From NCBI GenBank assembly GCA_963702845.1, contig OY969763.1, positions 4,832,001 to 4,896,000 of the forward strand: 64,000 nt of DNA. The letters are read 5' to 3'. Source of the stretch: an uncultured Verrucomicrobiae bacterium (GTDB lineage Bacteria > Verrucomicrobiota > Verrucomicrobiia > Limisphaerales > Palsa-1400). The position numbers and the translations under genes are program-made. Shown one piece after another: positions 1 to 9,015 of the stretch (the first letter of the stretch is position 1; each line of letters opens with the position of its first letter). The notes under the pieces are model-generated. The model was not told where the DNA came from. It searched no databases and saw nothing but the letters and a program-made list of their open reading frames with translations.

Positions 1-586
1 TGGTGGGTGTGTTTGGGTTGTCTTTGTCTTTGGGGCGAGCCGGGAGGCGAGGCGGTTGTCTTTACGGGCTCGCGTTGGCGCGCGTTCCCTAGCGGGGGAG
101 GGGGCGAAGTGTTGCTAGCTATTCCGAGCGCGCCTGCCCCCTCCCCCAGCAGCCCGCGTCGACCGCGAATGCGGAACTGTAAACGTGGTCTGGGGGAGGG
201 GGCGCGGGGGCGGGAGCGGGGAGCGCGCGAGGGGGGCAATGCGCCGGTGCGCGAGGGGGAAAATGGGCGGGTGCCGCCGGCGTGCGGCGGGGAAATCAAG
301 GCGGCGAGAGACGCTGGATTATATGAGCAAAGCGAACCGATGTTGTCTTTGTAGCGCTGTCGGACGGTTGAGGCGTTTGATTCGGTTGGAGGGCTAACTG
401 ATGCCGAAGGTTCGTACCAATTGAGCGGGTGGCGGCTGGTCTGCTCTCACTGACGTCGAATTGGAATGCGCAGAACAGATGCCACGCGCGCAACTGACTT
501 TGTCTTTGTGGGATGTTGGATAACCCGAAGCGGCGGTTAACTTGATCTGGCTGGTTCGGCCTCACAGTTTATCCCGATGCGGTTGA

Positions 587-853
587 TCATGCTGCCTGGA
601 GTGCTCGTGAGTAACTACGCATCGTCACGAACCACATCCCAAGCCCCCAAATAAAGCCGCCAGCCAGGCAAAGTCCAACAATGAAATACGGCGGCAACGC
701 CTCCTCTTTGTGCGACACGTGTTCATAGATGGTGCCAAAAACTGCCATAGGAACACCCCAACCGAGGACGCCCCGCAGCAACACAAAACGCCAAATGCCT
801 CGTTCCTTGATTCTTTGCCATCTCGCTAATCGCAACGTTCGGATATCGCTCAT
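587..853 (-). CDS. Small two-TM membrane protein, integron-type cassette gene
   Basis: 88-aa ORF with two hydrophobic segments. Preceded on the - strand by a GTTAGGC core (862-856) and followed by a GCCGAAC inverse core (560-554). Confidence 0.7.
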   Translation of the reverse strand: MSDIRTLRLARWQRIKERGIWRFVLLRGVLGWGVPMAVFGTIYEHVSHKEEALPPYFIVGLCLAGGFIWGLGMWFVTMRSYSRALQAA

Positions 854-855
854 AC

Positions 856-957
856 GCCTAACGCCGAGGTCAGCGACGGGAGCCAGCCGCCCCTGACGTC
901 TGATTTGTCTCCTGAACCGAACGGCTGGCTCCCGTTCGCTGCACCGTCTTATTCGCC
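856..957 (-). mobile_element. attC recombination site (slightly degenerate)
   Basis: On the - strand: R'' GGCGAAT, L'' GGTGCAGC, imperfect palindrome (GGGAGCCAGCCG...CGGCTGGCTCCC), L' GCTGACC, R' GTTAGGC. L'' carries the characteristic extra G. Confidence 0.8.
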
Positions 958-1610
958 ATATTCTCGACCTGCTTCCACAGTCTCTCCCTCGCGTAACCCT
1001 CGATAAGACTGTACGACGAGCCCTTCCATTCCAATGTTTTCCAAGCCGACGATAAAAGGATCTGGTGGAATGCGTTACTGGCAGTGGTTAAAGTGGGTTG
1101 CACGTAAGGTTTCGTGCGGAAGACTCCATTTGACGCACAATAAACAAGATAGCTACCCGCCCGCTCTGCCAAGCCGCCCAGATTATAGCCGAGCGTCATC
1201 GACAACGGTACACCGTTGGTGATGGCAAAGGGCAGGTTGGGCCAAGTCTTAGGAGGCATCGACTCGTAAGGGACTCCGCTGGGGGCACCAAGGCGTGGTT
1301 CACGTAGGGGCAGCGACGGGTTCTTTTCCACGAAAACCAGCCGGCATAAAAGACAGATGCGTTCGTTCGCCTTCTCCTGCTCATCGATTGACTCCCACTT
1401 TTTGCCCGCCAGTTCTTTGAGATGGTCAAAAGCGGAGTCTCGTCCCGCCTTTATGAACGTGTTCGCGCACTCGGCGGCTATATCGGGTCGGAACTCCGAT
1501 GCCGCGATTTCTGGGAACCGCGACACCGCGCTTTCCATGTCGTTGGTTGCCGCGTTCACCGAAATAACCAGCAGTGCAACAAACGCGATTGCTTTTGCGA
1601 ATAGTGTCAT
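870..1610 (-). CDS. Secreted hypothetical protein, cassette gene; C-terminus reads into attC
   Basis: Signal-peptide-like N-terminus. A GTTCGCG core sits immediately before the ATG (1617-1611). The last ~29 codons (MANKTVQRTG...) are encoded by the attC. Confidence 0.7.
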   Translation of the reverse strand: MTLFAKAIAFVALLVISVNAATNDMESAVSRFPEIAASEFRPDIAAECANTFIKAGRDSAFDHLKELAGKKWESIDEQEKANERICLLCRLVFVEKNPSLPLREPRLGAPSGVPYESMPPKTWPNLPFAITNGVPLSMTLGYNLGGLAERAGSYLVYCASNGVFRTKPYVQPTLTTASNAFHQILLSSAWKTLEWKGSSYSLIEGYARERLWKQVENMANKTVQRTGASRSVQETNQTSGAAGSRR

Positions 1611-1853
1611 CGCGAACTAGTGATTATGCGACGGGGTGTCGCGGTCATTTTGATATACGAACGGTTGGTTCATATTGGTTGAGGAGATTATTGTTATGCT
1701 GGCGCTGCGAAGCAAGCGCAACACAACGCGCTCGCGAGCACGGCGACGACATACCGGAGATTCGCGATTGAAGTGGAGTGCGTAGCGGAGGGTCGACGGC
1801 ACTGGGCGCGTGGCAAAAATACCGCAAGCTTTATTGCAGACCACTGAGGCTCT

Positions 1854-2294
1854 CTATTCGTAGCGGCCCTCTGTTGTGTCCGTATACCAGAACTCCGGCT
1901 GCGCCCAAACATACCAGTGATCACCCACTGGGCGAAAACGCCGGACATACTGAGGGAAATGGTTGGTGGTCGGATTGTAGGCAATACCGTAATAGTCGTG
2001 GTGGAACTCGTCACCGAGGAGGACATAAAGGATGCCCCCGCTGGTCTTTGCTTGAAATTGCTTGCCACTCCATTTCTTCCAAGGAAGCCCTGTGATATAT
2101 GTCTTCGGCTCCAAATCCTCCCAATCAAGCGTTTCCTCTTTGTTAGTGAACATGTCCCACCCATTAGTCGCTATGAAACTCGACACAGAGGCAAGTGCGT
2201 TCGAGCCTTTAATGTCGGGTCTTGGTGTTCGCCTCCATTTCGGCGTACATCCGACAAGCAGGATCGCGATGCATAGAAACATGGAACGCGACAT
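1854..2294 (-). CDS. Putative lipoprotein, probable cassette gene
   Basis: Lipobox-like LLVGC after a hydrophobic stretch. A core-like ATTAGGC (2306-2300) lies just upstream of ATG 2294. Confidence 0.6.
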   Translation of the reverse strand: MSRSMFLCIAILLVGCTPKWRRTPRPDIKGSNALASVSSFIATNGWDMFTNKEETLDWEDLEPKTYITGLPWKKWSGKQFQAKTSGGILYVLLGDEFHHDYYGIAYNPTTNHFPQYVRRFRPVGDHWYVWAQPEFWYTDTTEGRYE

Positions 2295-2503
2295 GTTGCG
2301 CCTAATATTCAATATGCTCCAACTGTTCGCATAGTTTTAATCCGCGAACAAGGGTTTTTGCGGTTGTCCTAAAAGCTGTCAAGCTCGGATGGGACGTTAC
2401 TGCATGCCGGTTGGTGCAGCGGAACGGTTGCTGCGTGCATCGGCGTGCATGTGGTTTCTGTAGCGGGGCGATAGCGTTAAAAGAGTCATGATACGGTTCT
2501 TCA

Positions 2504-4153
2504 GTGCCAGTGGACTCTCTACATCCTGAATACGAACTGCATCAAGATTGGTGGCGGACTCTGCGCGACGTGATGGATGGGGACCGCGCGATGAAGCGGT
2601 CGGGCATTCGTTACATTCCGCGATTGGAGGGGATGAATGATCTGGAATACCGGTGGTACGTGGAGCGAGGGTTTTTCTACAATGCGACCGCACGCACGGT
2701 GTTGGGTTATTTGGGAATGATCTTTCGCCGCGAGCCGGTGCTGAAGTTGCCGGCACCGGAGAATCTTTTAGGAAAGGTGCTGCGGGAATTTGTCAACGAT
2801 GCTGATTTGCTCGGCAAGGAGTTGGCTGGCTATGCGCGCGAGGTGACAACGGAGGTCACGGTGTTGGGTCGTTGCGGGACGTTGATTGACTGGTGCGATG
2901 CGCCTGAGAACCGCGCTTACTTCACGTTTTATCGAGCGGAAGATATTGTGAACTGGCGCGAGCAACGGATTAACGGGCGGATGCAATTGACGCTGGTTGT
3001 GCTTCGGGAGGTGTTTTCAGATGGCAATCAAACAAGCGGGGCCGGTGATGAGTTTGCGCCCGCGCAAGTGGAGCGGTTGCGGGTGTTGCGGTTGGTTCAG
3101 GACGCGCCAGCGGCACAAGGTTCGGCCCCAGCGCAGAAAGGCAAGCATGTTGGTTGGCATTATGTGGTTGAGGTTTGGGGTCGCGCTAAAAAGTCGAACG
3201 ATGGAGTGCGGCGCGCTGATGTGGACGGCGCTGTGGGGAGCGATCTTGGGAGCGGCATCAGTCCGGGCTCGGCTGCACCCTCTGCTACGGTGGGAACTTA
3301 TCCCGCTGTTTCTGCGGTGAATAATGTCAGCACTGATTCAAAGAGTCTGACGCTTTTGGAAACGAGGGTTCCGTTGCGTCGCGGCAAGCCGCTGCCGAAT
3401 GTTCCTTTCATTTTTCACGGACCGAGCTTATCGAAGTCGACGGTGGAACGGTCGCCGATTACGGACATTGTCGGGGCAAATCTGGACCATTACCGGATGA
3501 CGACGGATTACAAACACGGGATGCATTTCACGGCGTTGCCGACTGCGTGGGTTTCTGGTTTTGCCAAGGACGATCCGTTGCGGATGGGTTCAAACACGGC
3601 GTGGGTGACGGAGACGCCGGGCGCGACGGCTGGGTTCCTGGAATTTAAGGGTGACGGTTTGCAGACGTTCGAGCGCGCGCTGGATCGGGTCGAGCGATTG
3701 CTGGCGGTGTTGGGAGCGCGACTGCTGGAGTCGCAGAAGCGGGCGTCGGAAAGCGCGGAGGCAATCCAGCTTCGGCAGTCGGCGGATAGCAGTGTGATTG
3801 CGGGAATTTCTGTGGCGGTGTCGAAGTCGTTGAATCAGGCGTTGCGCTGGGTTTATTGGTGGCACTCGACTGAGGAGCATCCCGATGAGGTTTCGGGTGG
3901 GGATATTTTGATCGAGCTGAATCGGGATTTTGACATCGTGCGTTTGACTGGGCGCGAGATTCAGGCGCTGGTGACGGCGTGGCAGTCGTCAGCGATCAGT
4001 TTGGAAACGGTTTTGCACCAGATGGAACGAGGCGAGGTGCTTCCTCCTGGCCGCAGTGTTGCCGAGGAGATGGCTTTGATTAAGGCGAATCCGCCGCCGC
4101 TGCCGTCGGGTCAAGGAACGAGTTGGGGGCAGAGTGGTGGCGGGGAGGGTTAG
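2504..4153 (+). CDS. Phage portal protein (DUF4055/SPP1-like)
   Basis: 549 aa with typical motifs: HPEY...W at the N-terminus, YIPRL, Y..R..FYNATART, GRCGTLID, Y.AEDIVNW, NLDHYR..DY...H, LGARLL. Lies upstream of scaffold and capsid genes. Confidence 0.85.
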   Translation: MPVDSLHPEYELHQDWWRTLRDVMDGDRAMKRSGIRYIPRLEGMNDLEYRWYVERGFFYNATARTVLGYLGMIFRREPVLKLPAPENLLGKVLREFVNDADLLGKELAGYAREVTTEVTVLGRCGTLIDWCDAPENRAYFTFYRAEDIVNWREQRINGRMQLTLVVLREVFSDGNQTSGAGDEFAPAQVERLRVLRLVQDAPAAQGSAPAQKGKHVGWHYVVEVWGRAKKSNDGVRRADVDGAVGSDLGSGISPGSAAPSATVGTYPAVSAVNNVSTDSKSLTLLETRVPLRRGKPLPNVPFIFHGPSLSKSTVERSPITDIVGANLDHYRMTTDYKHGMHFTALPTAWVSGFAKDDPLRMGSNTAWVTETPGATAGFLEFKGDGLQTFERALDRVERLLAVLGARLLESQKRASESAEAIQLRQSADSSVIAGISVAVSKSLNQALRWVYWWHSTEEHPDEVSGGDILIELNRDFDIVRLTGREIQALVTAWQSSAISLETVLHQMERGEVLPPGRSVAEEMALIKANPPPLPSGQGTSWGQSGGGEG

Positions 4154-4154
4154 G
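4119..4154 (+). repeat. Direct repeat copy 1 (portal 3' end)
   Basis: CGAGTTGGGGGCAGAGTGGTGGCGGGGAG matches 5720-5748 at 28/29 nt. Confidence 0.9.
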
Positions 4155-4345
4155 TTTCAGGAACCGATGTCAGATGAACGGCCTTGCGCCGGATTGTTGA
4201 CCTTCATCGCTAGGATAGCTAAGGTGCGGTCGGAGCACCAAACGAACGAAACAAGGAAAACTTTCCGCCTTTAACGTTCACTTATGACCTTAAGTGGAAA
4301 AAGGTAATACTTAATAACATAGTTAGGCGGCAAGACGCGCATCGC

Positions 4346-4669
4346 ATGAACGACCAGACCAAAGCCGCATATCGTCACTTGCTTTACGTGGCTATGCTTG
4401 CCACGCGCAACTATTGCCAGCCACGCGCGGACGCCAGTCGCAATCCATTCGTCTGGCGGCGGCAGTATCATCAGAGCCGGATAGCTGGCAGGCTAGCGGA
4501 TTGGCTTCACAATCTCGCGCACTACAGTTCGCTAGATTTTGCGGGATTCGACGACCAGCATTTTTGGTATGAACACAGCTTGGTTTGTCAGCACCATCCT
4601 GGCGAAGGCTTCGAGCGTTACCGAGAAATTTTTGATGAGTATTTTCAGGGGAAGAGATATGTATGCTGA
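4346..4669 (+). CDS. Hypothetical protein, cassette 1
   Basis: Bounded by GTTAGGC (4322-4328) and its complement GCCTAAC (4674-4680). Confidence 0.75.
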   Translation: MNDQTKAAYRHLLYVAMLATRNYCQPRADASRNPFVWRRQYHQSRIAGRLADWLHNLAHYSSLDFAGFDDQHFWYEHSLVCQHHPGEGFERYREIFDEYFQGKRYVC

Positions 4670-4673
4670 CATT

Positions 4674-4769
4674 GCCTAACCAGAGCGCTGCAGCGGACGG
4701 CGAGTTGACGCTGAGTTTGCAATCGACAAGTCAGTGGCTCGCCGCCGCTGAGCTGACGTGTTGTTAGGC
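4674..4769 (+). mobile_element. attC site (intact, 96 bp)
   Basis: R'' GCCTAAC, L'' GCTGCAGC with extra G, palindromic stem, L' GCTGAGC, R' GTTAGGC. Confidence 0.9.
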
Positions 4770-4775
4770 TGGCCC

Positions 4776-5105
4776 GTGAAAAAATCATCATACGAAACTG
4801 TTGCGGCAACTTTAGCGCTCGTTGGCGCATTTGTACTCGTTGGCGTTTACGTGCCGATCCTGAATCCGGGGCTGACCAAGCTCGCGCTACGCATGGAACT
4901 TCCATCGCTTGGCTATTATATCGTTGCGACTCCGATTCCGGTTTTTTTGCTACTTGCAGCATGGCACTTCAACAAGAAGGCGCGAGCAATCAAAGAGCAA
5001 TCGGAGCAGTCTCCACGCGTTCCAGAGCCCGCGTGGCAGAAAAGGCTCAAGTGGATTCTCTGCGCTATCGTGATCGTTTTGGTACTGTTTACATTTTTAT
5101 GGTAA
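4776..5105 (+). CDS. Three-TM membrane protein, cassette 2
   Basis: GTG start just after the attC core; three hydrophobic segments. Confidence 0.7.
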   Translation: MKKSSYETVAATLALVGAFVLVGVYVPILNPGLTKLALRMELPSLGYYIVATPIPVFLLLAAWHFNKKARAIKEQSEQSPRVPEPAWQKRLKWILCAIVIVLVLFTFLW

Positions 5106-5112
5106 CATCCTC

Positions 5113-5145
5113 GCCTGACGAGAGCGCTGAGCTGACCCGTTAGCC
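5113..5145 (+). mobile_element. Internally deleted (collapsed) attC
   Basis: GCCTGAC-gagagc-GCTGAGC-tgaccc-GTTAGCC retains only the two ends of an attC. Confidence 0.75.
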
Positions 5146-5167
5146 AGCGTCATCGCGCCCTTGCTGT

Positions 5168-5674
5168 ATGACCGTCCAAACAGACATCACTACGAACGAT
5201 CTCAAAGTGTTCGGCCAACACGTCTCAACCGGAGCGGATGGCGGGAGGTTGATGTACACGTTGCTAATCGGCTCGGGTGTGGCTGTGGGGGTTATCCTTG
5301 GCGTCACTCTGGCTGTGACCGGGGTCCGACTTCAGGTGGCAAGCCTGATGGCAGGCCTTCTTGCTGGAGCCTTCTGGCTCACCCTGTTCTCCCGGCTGTA
5401 TATGCGCAAGATGGGCCCAGCCGCAGATAGCTACGTTCTTGGACCTCGGGCGGTTTCCACAACGGACGATGGTATCATTGAGAAGTCGCAAAAGCACGAG
5501 GCGCTCTTTCGGTGGTCGTCAATTCGTTCAGTGGATTCGACGAAGGAGCACATTTTCGTCATGCTCGAACGTAACGCTGGGATTATTGTGCCATTCCGAG
5601 CTTTCTCATCGGACGCCGAGCGCGACCACTTCCTTGCAGAAATCCGGAGGCAGACAAGGGCGGAGACCAGATGA
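5168..5674 (+). CDS. YcxB-family membrane protein, cassette 3
   Basis: Two TMs, then W..I..V..T..HIF......GIIVP.RAF, a YcxB-like C-terminal domain. Followed by GGCTAAC (5682-5688), complementary to the upstream GTTAGCC. Confidence 0.75.
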   Translation: MTVQTDITTNDLKVFGQHVSTGADGGRLMYTLLIGSGVAVGVILGVTLAVTGVRLQVASLMAGLLAGAFWLTLFSRLYMRKMGPAADSYVLGPRAVSTTDDGIIEKSQKHEALFRWSSIRSVDSTKEHIFVMLERNAGIIVPFRAFSSDAERDHFLAEIRRQTRAETR

Positions 5675-5719
5675 ATCTGCCGGCTAACTTTTCGGTGGAG
5701 CAAATCGCGGCGGGCGATG

Positions 5720-5755
5720 CGAGTTGGGGGCAGAGTGGTGGTGGGGAGAATTAGG
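5720..5755 (+). repeat. Direct repeat copy 2
   Basis: Near-identical to 4119-4154; truncates the attC that starts at 5682. Confidence 0.9.
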
Positions 5756-6833
5756 CTGGTGCGTTAGAATACCATTGCGGATAGGCGGCGTGCACACGCG
5801 CAACCGCTTTTTCCAACTCCTCGTTTGAAGTGTTCGGAGCGAAGGGCTTGACCATTTCAACTTCAGAAAGGCTTACTTCCGGCTGCGCTTGCGTCAATTG
5901 AAAGATACTTGTTCCGTGAACGTTGTCGAAAAACCTTATTTTTGAATGTTCGCCATGACCACCGAGTTGGAGAATTTCTCTTATTGAGTAAGCAAGGTAG
6001 GACCATGATTTTCCGTCATAGATTGAGGGTTTGGGGGCAGAGAGCGGCACTTTATTCTTCCATGAATGGTAGCATTGGTAAACGGTTGCGGCGGGATTCC
6101 AATTGCGGCGGGCGGGCGTCTGGTATTCCGGGTAGAAATGAAAAACGTAGGCGGGCGGCGGAAGCTGTGGCTCCAATTTGTTCACTTCATTGACGGTAAG
6201 ACAGGTCGGAAAAAAGTACTCTTTGTCATCGTCAGTCCTTCTAACAGGTAAGAACACTGCTGAATTGCGGTAGCCGAAAACAGCAGCACCTTCGTTGTTA
6301 TTGGACATGATCACTACCGGCGTTCCGAAGAACATTGTCAAAAATTCGGTAAGGTCCGCTCCGATATGGTTTGGCACACGCTCCGAGAAGCGATCCAACA
6401 GATGGCCCGCGAAACTGACTCGCCTTCCGTTAAGGTAGACTTCGCGGAAAAAATCGTCGCCAGCGTAGAACTTGAATCTGTGAATCGTTCCTTTTTCAGG
6501 ATCATTAGCAGCCCGTCGCTGAACTATTGAAATGCGGGAGACAAGATTCTCATCAAAAATTGGGAAGAGCCGAAGCCTGTCCTTTCGTGCGCGGTTTATA
6601 TAGAGACAGAAGAGGATTACCGCCTGAGCCCGCTGGATTTTCAAAAAGTCCGTGGCCCGGTGGTCAACAGTCGCAATCTTTTGGGGAAGTCCAGAGTTGA
6701 ACTCGTGCGTCAAAGCTCTGAGGAGTTTCTGCAACTGATCGGTATGTGGAAACCGAGTTTCGTTGTCTCTCCGCTCCTCAACCAGGTGAATGTCGTCGAG
6801 ATACTTCGAGTTGAATTGATGATGGTGCGACAT
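5751..6833 (-). CDS. Hypothetical protein (moron-like cargo)
   Basis: 360-aa ORF, AT-richer than its neighbours, antisense to the head operon. No family recognised. Confidence 0.75.
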   Translation of the reverse strand: MSHHHQFNSKYLDDIHLVEERRDNETRFPHTDQLQKLLRALTHEFNSGLPQKIATVDHRATDFLKIQRAQAVILFCLYINRARKDRLRLFPIFDENLVSRISIVQRRAANDPEKGTIHRFKFYAGDDFFREVYLNGRRVSFAGHLLDRFSERVPNHIGADLTEFLTMFFGTPVVIMSNNNEGAAVFGYRNSAVFLPVRRTDDDKEYFFPTCLTVNEVNKLEPQLPPPAYVFHFYPEYQTPARRNWNPAATVYQCYHSWKNKVPLSAPKPSIYDGKSWSYLAYSIREILQLGGHGEHSKIRFFDNVHGTSIFQLTQAQPEVSLSEVEMVKPFAPNTSNEELEKAVARVHAAYPQWYSNAPA

Positions 6834-7031
6834 CCGCGTCGGCTTGCTGCTGGTTGTGACATGAGAATTTGGCTCCCGTCAGAATCTGTCAATTCGCTTT
6901 TGCACTTTTTTTGCGCTGCCACGTGCCGCTTGGTGCATCAACAAGATGGTCGGGTGCATTGAAAAAAATCTTTGGGCTTCTCACGCGTAAAATTTTTCAA
7001 AACGTCGTGCTATCAATAGGCATCGAAAATT

Positions 7032-7835
7032 ATGGCACTCAAATTTAAGTACCAAAAGCGCGAGGAGATTCCGGCGGAGCTCCTTGCTCATTACGCGGAG
7101 CGTGATGGCGCTTGGCAATTGGATGCGGACGGTGTCGCGGACAATGTGCTAGCGCACGGCCACGATGCCCTGAAAGCCCGGCTGGATGAGTTTCGCCAAA
7201 GCAATGTGACGCTGCTGAAGCAATTGGAGGAGCAGCGGAAGAAATTCGAGGGCATCGATCCTGATGAAGTGCGAAAGCTTGGCGAAGAAAAACAGAGGCT
7301 CGAACTGTTGGCACAGGGCCACAAGCCGGAGGAGATCGACCGCATCGTTGGTGATCGTGTCAAAAATCTAAAAGGCGAGTGGGACAAGCAGCTCACGGCG
7401 GTGACTTCTGAACGCGACGCGCTCAATTCACGGTTGATGGCGATTCAGATCGACCAGGGCGTTATCGCCTCGGCGAGCAAGCGAGGTCTTCGTTCAACGG
7501 CCATTCCTGACATTACTTCCCGCGCGCGAAATGTTTTCAAGCTGGTGAACGGTGTTCCCACTGCATTTGAAAGCGACGGGCAAACGGTGCGCGTGGGTAA
7601 AGACGGCGTGGCGGCTTTGACTCTGGACGATTGGGTGAATGCACAGGTCGCAGAAGCTCCACATCTTTTCGAATCGAACGCTGGCGGCGGTGCTGCTGGC
7701 AATCCCGGCGGTGTCGGGAATGGCTCAGTGAAAAATCCGTGGAAGTCAGAAACGCGAAACGTGACTGAACAAATGAAGTTGCTGCGGAGTAATCCGCAGT
7801 TGGCCGCGCAAATGCAAGCGGCTGCCGGGTGCTAG
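7032..7835 (+). CDS. Phage capsid scaffolding protein
   Basis: N-terminal IP.....HY.E.DG...LD, coiled-coil middle, C-terminal APHLF..N.GGGA.G...NPW. Directly upstream of the capsid gene. Confidence 0.8.
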   Translation: MALKFKYQKREEIPAELLAHYAERDGAWQLDADGVADNVLAHGHDALKARLDEFRQSNVTLLKQLEEQRKKFEGIDPDEVRKLGEEKQRLELLAQGHKPEEIDRIVGDRVKNLKGEWDKQLTAVTSERDALNSRLMAIQIDQGVIASASKRGLRSTAIPDITSRARNVFKLVNGVPTAFESDGQTVRVGKDGVAALTLDDWVNAQVAEAPHLFESNAGGGAAGNPGGVGNGSVKNPWKSETRNVTEQMKLLRSNPQLAAQMQAAAGC

Positions 7836-7882
7836 GACACTAGCGTGTCGGCCACGACGGCCACGGCGCTTCGCGCAAACAC
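7836..7882 (+). repeat. Post-stop hairpin repeat copy 1
   Basis: GACACTAGCGTGTCGGCCACG (21 bp) is identical to 8970-8990. Confidence 0.85.
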
Positions 7883-7962
7883 TGCAAATAAATACAGAAA
7901 GTTGAAATTTGAAACGGCCCGCGCAGCGCGACGGGCCCTACCAAGATAGAAAATAAAATTTT

Positions 7963-8970
7963 ATGGCAAAGACACAAATCGCGGACGTAATCGTCCCGAC
8001 AGAGTTTGAGAAGTATGCGATTCAACGCACGGCTACGTTGTCGGCGTTCTATCAGTCCGGCATCGTGCAGATGGATTCGGAGTTCGACGCGCTCGCCGAG
8101 CAAGGCGGCACGGAGGCCCATCTTCCTTTTTGGAATGACATCTCAGGCGCTCGACAACCGTTGAGTGATGCCGCACCGCTGACGACGCAGAAGATTGGGG
8201 CGGACCAGGATATTTCCCGTATTCATAACGACGGCCAAGCGTGGTCGGTGAATCAACTGGCGAAAGCGTTGGCTGGTGATGATCCGATGGATGCGATTTT
8301 GAACCTTGTCGGCACGTATTGGGCGCGCACGAATCAGGGGGTTTTGATTTCTTCGCTGAAGGGAATGTTCGGCGCTGCGTCGATGTCGAGCAACCTTCTT
8401 TCCATCGCGAGCGAGTCGATCGCCGGGACAAGTTCGGCGACGCGGTTAACTGGTTCCACTTTCGTGGATGCTTGCACCAAGTTGGGTGATCGCGCGGATC
8501 GCCTTGTTGCGGTTGCGATGCATTCTGCGACGGAGGCGGCGCTGCGTAAGCTGGACTTGATTGATTTCATTCCGGACAGCGAAGGCAAGCCGGTGATTCG
8601 AGTGTTTCAAGGTCGGCGCGTCATCATCGATGACGGTTGCCCTGTTCGCGTTGGGACGACTGACGGGAATGTCTATACGACTTACTTGTTCGGTCCGGGC
8701 GCGTTCTGCCAGGGCTCGGCGAAGCTGAACAATCCTGTGCAAGGCGGTTTCGGCACGGAAGGCGTTGAGCTTTCGCGGTCGGCGCTGGATGGTGATTCGA
8801 ATCTGATCAATCGTCGCCGTTACATTTTGCATCCTCGCGGTGTGAAGTTCACAAGTGCTTCGGTCGCGGGCAAGAATCCGACTGATGCAGAAATCGAAAC
8901 GCAAACGAATTGGGTTCGCGTTTACGAGGCGAAGAACGTGCGCATTGTCGCAGTCGTCCACAACAACTAG
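7963..8970 (+). CDS. Major capsid protein (HK97-fold, Gp13-like)
   Basis: T.IADVIVP..F, LPFWND, LAGDDPM.AI, MHSA, LINRRRYILHPRG and NW.RVY motifs of this capsid family. Confidence 0.9.
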   Translation: MAKTQIADVIVPTEFEKYAIQRTATLSAFYQSGIVQMDSEFDALAEQGGTEAHLPFWNDISGARQPLSDAAPLTTQKIGADQDISRIHNDGQAWSVNQLAKALAGDDPMDAILNLVGTYWARTNQGVLISSLKGMFGAASMSSNLLSIASESIAGTSSATRLTGSTFVDACTKLGDRADRLVAVAMHSATEAALRKLDLIDFIPDSEGKPVIRVFQGRRVIIDDGCPVRVGTTDGNVYTTYLFGPGAFCQGSAKLNNPVQGGFGTEGVELSRSALDGDSNLINRRRYILHPRGVKFTSASVAGKNPTDAEIETQTNWVRVYEAKNVRIVAVVHNN

Positions 8971-9009
8971 ACACTAGCGTGTCGGCCACGGCGCTGCGCG
9001 CAAAGACAC
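8970..9009 (+). repeat. Post-stop hairpin repeat copy 2
   Basis: Same 21-bp motif plus a GCGCT.CGCGCAAA tail; begins at the G of the capsid TAG. Confidence 0.85.
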
Positions 9010-9015
9010 AGAAGT

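Noticed and set aside
390..560. Complete attC after the 587-853 cassette
   Set aside because: An inverse core is present, but no convincing palindrome pairs it with the candidate cores at 469-475 or 392-398.
7..565. ORFs 7-354, 185-397 and 296-565
   Set aside because: Low-complexity GC-rich translations with no recognisable features.
1605..1635. Chromosomal dif site
   Set aside because: There is a XerC-like arm (GTCGCATAA) but no TTATGTTAAAT-like XerD arm; better read as a cassette junction.
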